A DNA stretch of 64,000 nucleotides from Candidatus Hadarchaeota archaeon (GTDB taxonomy: Archaea; Hadarchaeota; Hadarchaeia; Hadarchaeales; JAGGTB01). The stretch lies in the NCBI GenBank assembly GCA_964608515.1, contig CAZSNS010000004.1:1600-65599 (forward strand), read 5' to 3'. A model generated the notes under the pieces. That model saw only the letters and a list, made by a program, of their open reading frames with translations, was not told where the DNA came from and did no database searches. Below, piece by piece: positions 58,852 through 64,000 of this stretch. A program made the position numbers and the translations under genes. Within the stretch, counting starts at the first letter, position 1; the number at the start of each line of letters is the position of its first letter.

Positions 58852-61179
58852 ATGACAGATAAAAATGTTGCATGGTTCGAAGATCTTACTAAGGCCGATG
58901 TAGAGATTGCTGGTGGAAAAGGTGCTAGTCTCGGTGAGATGATAAACGCTGATTTGCCAGTTCCTCCAGGTTTTGCAGTGACTGCGCAAGCTTATGAAAG
59001 ATTTGTTCACGAGGCAGGGATTATCGAAGAAATAAACGAGCTTTTAGGCGAAGTAGATGTGGATGATTCCGAAGGTTTGAGTGAAACAGGTGAAAAAGTT
59101 AGAAACATGATTTTGGAGGCTGAAATGCCGGCCGAGGTCAGAGAAGATATTTTAGAGGCTTATCGAGAGCTTTCCGATCGAAGTCAAGAACCCGACGTTT
59201 CTGTTGCTGTTAGATCTTCTGCTACAGCAGAAGATATGCCAGACGCATCTTTTGCAGGGCAACAAGATACGTATCTTAATGTAAGCGGTGAAGAAGAGCT
59301 TCTAGAAAATATTCAAAAATGTTGGGCGTCTCTTTTCACTGACAGAGCGATATTTTATAGAGAAAAAAATGACTACGCTCACGACCAGGTTTTGATTTCA
59401 GTACCAGTACAAAAGATGGTTAATGCGGAAAAGGCAGGGGTAATGTTCACTTCACACCCCTCGACAGGCGACAAAGAAAAAGTAGTTATCGAAGCAAACT
59501 GGGGACTTGGAGAAACGGTCGTTTCCGGTTCCGTAACTCCGGATACTTACGTGGTGAATAAGGAAACACAAGAAATCATGGACGTAACAATTGGATCCAA
59601 AGAAGCAACAATTACACGAGACCCGGAAACGGGAGAAACTATAGAAGAGCAAACACCCTCCGAAAAAAGAGAAGCTCAAGTCATAAACGAAGAAGAAGCT
59701 GCAGAATTAGCAGAACTCGGAGCGAAACTAGAAGAACACTATGGCCGACCGCAAGATGCAGAATGGGCTAAAGAAAATGGAAAAATGTATCTAGTCCAAT
59801 CAAGACCTATCACAGTACTTTACGGAGAAGAGGAAGAAGAAACTGAAGAAGCGGGAGAATTAGGAGAAGTTCTTGTCAAAGGATTAGGCGCTAGCCCTGG
59901 CAGAGGTTCAGGAAAAGTAAAAGTCATACCAAGTGCAGACGAAATTGGCAGAGTAAAAGAAGGCGACATCTTAGTAGCTGAAATGACCGCACCCGATTGG
60001 GTTCCGGCCATGAGAAGAGCTAAGGCGATTGTTACTGATGAAGGTGGCACTACTTGTCATGCTGCTATTGTTTCTAGAGAGTTAGGTACTCCCGCGGTTG
60101 TTGGTACTGGTAACGCGATGGAAATTTTGGAAGAAGAAATGGGAGTTACAGTTGATGGTTCTTCAGGTGTTGTTTACGAGGGAATAGAGAAAGAAAAAGA
60201 AGAACAGGAGAAGGAGAAAACTGGACCTACAGAAGCAGTTACCCCTGTAATACCAACTGCCACGCAGGTGAAAGCTAATATTAGTCTTCCGGATGTTGCT
60301 GAGAAGGTAGCTAGAGAGACCGAACCAGATGGTGTTGGTCTTCTTCGAGCGGAACATATGCTTCTCACTATTGGAAAGCATCCACGAAAGATACTGGAAG
60401 AAGGCGGAGAAGATGAAATGTTGGAACAATTCGCAGACGGTATTCACACTGTTGCGGAAGCAGTTTCACCACATCCTGTTTATTACAGAACTCTTGACTT
60501 GAAAACTGCCGAATTTAGAAATCTTGAAGGTGGAGAAGACGAACCGGAAGAACCGAATCCGATGATAGGATGGCGAGGTGTGCGAAGATTCGTAGATCCA
60601 GACAATCCCAAAGAACAAGAAATTCTAAAAATCGAACTTAGAGCGATAAAACAAGTAGCAGAAGAAGGTTTGGATAACGTAGGAGTAATGCTCCCGATGG
60701 CTCAACACCCTGATGAATTAAAGAGATTCAAAAGAGTTGCCAGAGAGGTTGGTTTAGAACCTCACGAAGATTTTGATATAGGTATCATGATAGAAATTCC
60801 AGCAGCTGCTTTGATTATCGAAGAATTTATCGAGGAAGGAATAGACTTTGTGAGTTTCGGAACTAACGATTTGACCCAATTCACACTAGCTGTCGATAGA
60901 GACAATGAGAGAATTGCAAGACTTTACGATGAAAGACATCCAGCAGTACAAAAACTGATCAAAAGAGTAATCAAGAAATGTAACGAAGCAGGAGTTGAAT
61001 CCAGCATCTGTGGACAAGCAGGAAGCTATCCAGATGTTGTCAAAAAACTAGTCAACTACGGTATAACTAGCGTATCAGCAAATCCGGACGCAGTTCAAGA
61101 AGTTAGAAAAATGGTCAACAGAACAGAAAGACAAATAATGCTTTCCAAAGCTAGAGAAGATGTGGAAGACGAAGAATAA
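58852..61179 (+). CDS. ppsA: phosphoenolpyruvate synthase (pyruvate, water dikinase)
   Basis: 775 aa. ATP-grasp N-terminus, central TTCHAAIVSRELG phospho-His motif, C-terminal PEP-utilising domain. Confidence 0.85.
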   Translation: MTDKNVAWFEDLTKADVEIAGGKGASLGEMINADLPVPPGFAVTAQAYERFVHEAGIIEEINELLGEVDVDDSEGLSETGEKVRNMILEAEMPAEVREDILEAYRELSDRSQEPDVSVAVRSSATAEDMPDASFAGQQDTYLNVSGEEELLENIQKCWASLFTDRAIFYREKNDYAHDQVLISVPVQKMVNAEKAGVMFTSHPSTGDKEKVVIEANWGLGETVVSGSVTPDTYVVNKETQEIMDVTIGSKEATITRDPETGETIEEQTPSEKREAQVINEEEAAELAELGAKLEEHYGRPQDAEWAKENGKMYLVQSRPITVLYGEEEEETEEAGELGEVLVKGLGASPGRGSGKVKVIPSADEIGRVKEGDILVAEMTAPDWVPAMRRAKAIVTDEGGTTCHAAIVSRELGTPAVVGTGNAMEILEEEMGVTVDGSSGVVYEGIEKEKEEQEKEKTGPTEAVTPVIPTATQVKANISLPDVAEKVARETEPDGVGLLRAEHMLLTIGKHPRKILEEGGEDEMLEQFADGIHTVAEAVSPHPVYYRTLDLKTAEFRNLEGGEDEPEEPNPMIGWRGVRRFVDPDNPKEQEILKIELRAIKQVAEEGLDNVGVMLPMAQHPDELKRFKRVAREVGLEPHEDFDIGIMIEIPAAALIIEEFIEEGIDFVSFGTNDLTQFTLAVDRDNERIARLYDERHPAVQKLIKRVIKKCNEAGVESSICGQAGSYPDVVKKLVNYGITSVSANPDAVQEVRKMVNRTERQIMLSKAREDVEDEE

Positions 61180-61221
61180 TTCCAAAACCTTTCAATATCT
61201 TTAAAAACGGCTAATAATCCT

Positions 61222-62235
61222 ATGGATTCCAGATACGATCTCGAACCTGAAACCGTCAAAAAATTCCTAAAAGAAAAAGAAGTGAAAAAAGTAGCCATAC
61301 AGATACCTAACGGATTAAGACCCGGAATTAAGAAGATAAAAAAAATTATCACAAATCAAGGAACCGAACCAGTTTTTTTAGCCACAAGTTGTTACGGCGC
61401 TTGCGATATTGCCGATAAAGAAGCTGAAGAATTAGGATGCGACGCTCTAATACATTATGGCCATTCCACTATGGAGATTCAAACAAAACTTCCTATTCTT
61501 TTTGTAGAGGCTAGAATGCAAGTTGATCCTTTAAATGTTTTACAGGAAGCTATTCCGGTTTTGAAGGGAAAAAAATGGGGTTTGATAACGACTGTTCAAC
61601 ATATTCACTTTATTGAGAAAGTTCAGGAGTATCTTGAGAATGAAGGGATTGAATCTTTTATTGGTGAGGGTGGACCTAGAGCGAATTATGCAGGGCAAGT
61701 TTTAGGTTGTGATTGGGGTAGTGCGAGGTCTGTAGTTGAGAATGTTGATGGGTTCCTTTACATAGGTACTGGAGAATTCCATCCTTTGGGAGTGGGTCTT
61801 GCTACAGGTGAAAAGGTGGTTTCGATAAATCCTGTAACTGAGGAATTCGAAAAATTAGAACCGGAATTAGATGATTTTTTAAAGAAAAGAATGGCTTTAA
61901 TTGCAAGAGCAGAATCTGGGGAAGAATTTGGGATTTTAGTGAGTACTAAAAATGGGCAAAATCGTTTGGAGTTGGCAGAAAAATTATGTACGGAATTGGA
62001 AGAAAACGGTTATAATTCTTATATTCTTGCTTTTGATGATATAAGTTTGGAAGTTTTGGAAGATTTTCAACTTGATGCATATGTTAATACTGCTTGTCCT
62101 AGAATACCGTTCTCAGATCAAGATTTGGTTCAAAAACCAGTCCTGACCCCGTTTGAGGTTAGAGTAATGTTAGGCGAGGAGGAGTGGGAGGAGTATAAAC
62201 TTGACGAATTTTCCACCGGTTCTGAAAATGGATGA
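61222..62235 (+). CDS. dph2: diphthamide biosynthesis enzyme Dph2
   Basis: 337 aa. Typical Dph2 three-domain signature with conserved Cys. Confidence 0.65.
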   Translation: MDSRYDLEPETVKKFLKEKEVKKVAIQIPNGLRPGIKKIKKIITNQGTEPVFLATSCYGACDIADKEAEELGCDALIHYGHSTMEIQTKLPILFVEARMQVDPLNVLQEAIPVLKGKKWGLITTVQHIHFIEKVQEYLENEGIESFIGEGGPRANYAGQVLGCDWGSARSVVENVDGFLYIGTGEFHPLGVGLATGEKVVSINPVTEEFEKLEPELDDFLKKRMALIARAESGEEFGILVSTKNGQNRLELAEKLCTELEENGYNSYILAFDDISLEVLEDFQLDAYVNTACPRIPFSDQDLVQKPVLTPFEVRVMLGEEEWEEYKLDEFSTGSENG

Positions 62236-62239
62236 TAAT

Positions 62240-62848
62240 ATGAAGAAAAAAGAACTGGAGATTAAATTACAAAAATTATCTTCTCATCCCAATCCCAAAC
62301 CCGAACTTGAACAATATATGACACCGGGAGATGTAGCGGCTAGTTTACTGAGATTGGCTTACAATCACTCTTCTATAGAAGGAAAGGATATCTATGATTT
62401 AGGTTGTGGAACCGGTCGCCTTGCGATTGGTGCTGCTTTACTTGGAGCTCAAAACGTAGTAGGTATAGATATAGATGAAGAAGCTCTGGAAATTGCAAGA
62501 GAAAATGCTCAGAAAGCTGGTGTCGATGTTGAATGGAAGCGTGCAGATGTTAGCGAATTGGATATGCCAGAGGTTTCAACTGTCATCCAGAATCCCCCTT
62601 TTGGCGTCCAAAAAAAGGGAGCGGATATGGTTTTTTTAAAAAAAGCGGTTCAGTTAGGAAGAGATATTTATTCTATACATAAAGCGGTGCCAAAGAACAG
62701 GGATTTTATATCCGAACAGACTAAAGAAATAGGTGGAAAAATAACACATAGGGTAGAAAAAGAATTTCATATACCTGCCCAGTTTGATTTCCACACTCAA
62801 GAAGTATATAGGTTTAAAGTTGACCTTTATAGAATTGTTAGGAGGTAG
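62240..62848 (+). CDS. METTL5-like N6-adenine RNA methyltransferase
   Basis: DLGCGTGRL SAM motif and NPPFG catalytic motif. The start was set at the ATG immediately after the dph2 stop. Confidence 0.6.
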   Translation: MKKKELEIKLQKLSSHPNPKPELEQYMTPGDVAASLLRLAYNHSSIEGKDIYDLGCGTGRLAIGAALLGAQNVVGIDIDEEALEIARENAQKAGVDVEWKRADVSELDMPEVSTVIQNPPFGVQKKGADMVFLKKAVQLGRDIYSIHKAVPKNRDFISEQTKEIGGKITHRVEKEFHIPAQFDFHTQEVYRFKVDLYRIVRR

Positions 62849-62855
62849 ATAGAAA

Positions 62856-63437
62856 ATGACAGATGAGATTAAATCCGGAGACTTTGTAGTTCCAGGCGAT
62901 TTTCTGGCTACGGTAGAAGAATTCATCCCAAATGAAGGAGTTTACGAAGAAGGACATAACGTATACTCTTCTCGGACAGGTGTAGTTCTCAAAGATGCTG
63001 ATTCTAAAAAAATATCTGTACATCCAAAAACAGGAACTCCGCCAATTATCAAAAATGGCGACATAGTGATAGGTACAATTGATCAAATAAGAGGACAAAT
63101 TGCAAATGTGGATATCGCAGCGATTCGGGGTAATGAAGATAGAGAAACTTCATTTTCGGGCGATTCGATAATTCATATATCTAATATTTCTGATGACTAC
63201 GTTGAAGAGATTGAGGATGAGTTTAAACCAGCTGATATCGTGAGAGCTAAAGTTACTGATTTGGGAAAAAATTCGGTAAAACTTACGACAGTTGATGATA
63301 GTCTTGGAGTTCTAGTGGCGTTTTGTTCGGAGTGTAGATCCGAACTTGAGAAGGATAATTCAAAATTGAAATGTCCGAACTGTGGAAGTGTTGAAAAACG
63401 GAAAATCGCTAACGATTATCGTCAGGGTATTTTGTGA
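62856..63437 (+). CDS. csl4: exosome complex RNA-binding subunit Csl4
   Basis: S1-like domain plus a C-terminal CxxC...CxxC zinc ribbon. It is adjacent to rpoL, as in many archaea. Confidence 0.7.
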   Translation: MTDEIKSGDFVVPGDFLATVEEFIPNEGVYEEGHNVYSSRTGVVLKDADSKKISVHPKTGTPPIIKNGDIVIGTIDQIRGQIANVDIAAIRGNEDRETSFSGDSIIHISNISDDYVEEIEDEFKPADIVRAKVTDLGKNSVKLTTVDDSLGVLVAFCSECRSELEKDNSKLKCPNCGSVEKRKIANDYRQGIL

Positions 63438-63649
63438 AAATGTCTGAAACCAAACGCGTCTTAAAATTCCCAATTGAAGATAGTAATCAACTGGTTGAGT
63501 TAGTTGAAGGACTGACTGAGATAAAAGTAGATATGGATGTAGATTCAACTCCCTCTTCAATAGAGATTTGTGTTTACGGGTCAGAGCAAAAAGTTAAAGG
63601 TGCAGTTGAAAAGATTAAAAAACTAGTTAAAGAATCCAAATCATCTTAA
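63434..63649 (+). CDS. small hypothetical protein (71 aa)
   Basis: ORF overlapping the csl4 stop by 4 bp. No motif. Confidence 0.35.
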   Translation: MKMSETKRVLKFPIEDSNQLVELVEGLTEIKVDMDVDSTPSSIEICVYGSEQKVKGAVEKIKKLVKESKSS

Positions 63650-63696
63650 AACATTAATACTTTAAATGAAAAAAGCACTCTTTCACTGGTGTCATT

Positions 63697-63978
63697 ATGG
63701 AAGTAGAACTGTTAGAAAAAGAAGGAACGAAAATGAAACTTAGAATCGTGGGAGAAGGACACACCTTTTCGAATGTCCTCAGAAAGAAACTCCACGAGGA
63801 TGAAAGAATAGAAACTGCGGCTTATAATATAGCTCATCCGTTACTTTCCGACCCAGAGCTTCATGTTAAGACGGAAAAGAAGAAATCTCCGAAAAGAGCG
63901 TTGATAAGAGCGGCGGACGAATTATCAGATGAGTACGGAGAAGTAAAAAAGAAGCTTGAGAAGGCGTTAGAAGAGTGA
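63697..63978 (+). CDS. rpoL: DNA-directed RNA polymerase subunit L (Rpb11 homolog)
   Basis: GEGHTFSNVLRKKL...ETAAYNIAHPL matches the RpoL signature G.HT.GN.L...L...V.FAGY..PHPL. Confidence 0.7.
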   Translation: MEVELLEKEGTKMKLRIVGEGHTFSNVLRKKLHEDERIETAAYNIAHPLLSDPELHVKTEKKKSPKRALIRAADELSDEYGEVKKKLEKALEE

Positions 63979-64000
63979 TTTCAGAGTGGTTTTCTGATTT

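Overview
This is an AT-rich archaeal chromosomal window. The archaeal markers are Orc1/Cdc6, archaeal-type TyrRS, two PurP genes, Csl4, RpoL, Dph2, tungsten-type AOR and an intron-containing tRNA. The left 17 kb carries de novo purine genes (partial purF, purE, purC, tandem purP x2), flavodoxin, tyrS, a MinD/ParA ATPase, a GltB-like protein, an M28 peptidase and orc1/cdc6. It also holds a candidate replication origin: two inverted ORB-like boxes (a TCCAGTGGAAA dyad plus a G-string) flanking a 150-bp AT tract at 8.46-8.67 kb. The right 26 kb is core metabolism: an almost complete pyrimidine supercluster (pyrE-F-I-B, pyrC-K, pyrD, pyrG), AOR, ppsA, sir2, a Upf1-like helicase and the dph2-MTase-csl4-rpoL block. 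Between the two lies a roughly 20-kb segment (17.29-36.93 kb) that begins right after an intron-containing tRNA-Pro(CGG). It is bounded by a 27-bp direct repeat of the tRNA 3' end (26/27 identical), and a third partial copy sits 0.9 kb further on (37.83 kb). That is the signature of a tRNA-targeted integrated island, although no integrase is recognisable. The island consists almost entirely of uncharacterised genes with defence-like domains: a dGTPase/SAMHD1-like HD protein with a long C-terminal extension, a second HD protein in a triad with a membrane protein, a PRTase-like protein next to a Zn-finger protein, a 3-gene operon ending in a HEPN (Rx6H) protein, a PP2C-like plus TPR-membrane pair, wHTH regulators at both edges and an ImmA-like HEIGH metallopeptidase. 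A perfectly conserved 25-bp palindromic element (TTTTTGTTA-TGGGTG-TAACAAAAA) occurs 8 times, always intergenic. Seven copies share one orientation. Two inverted copies bracket a putative MazF-like/wHTH toxin-antitoxin cassette.
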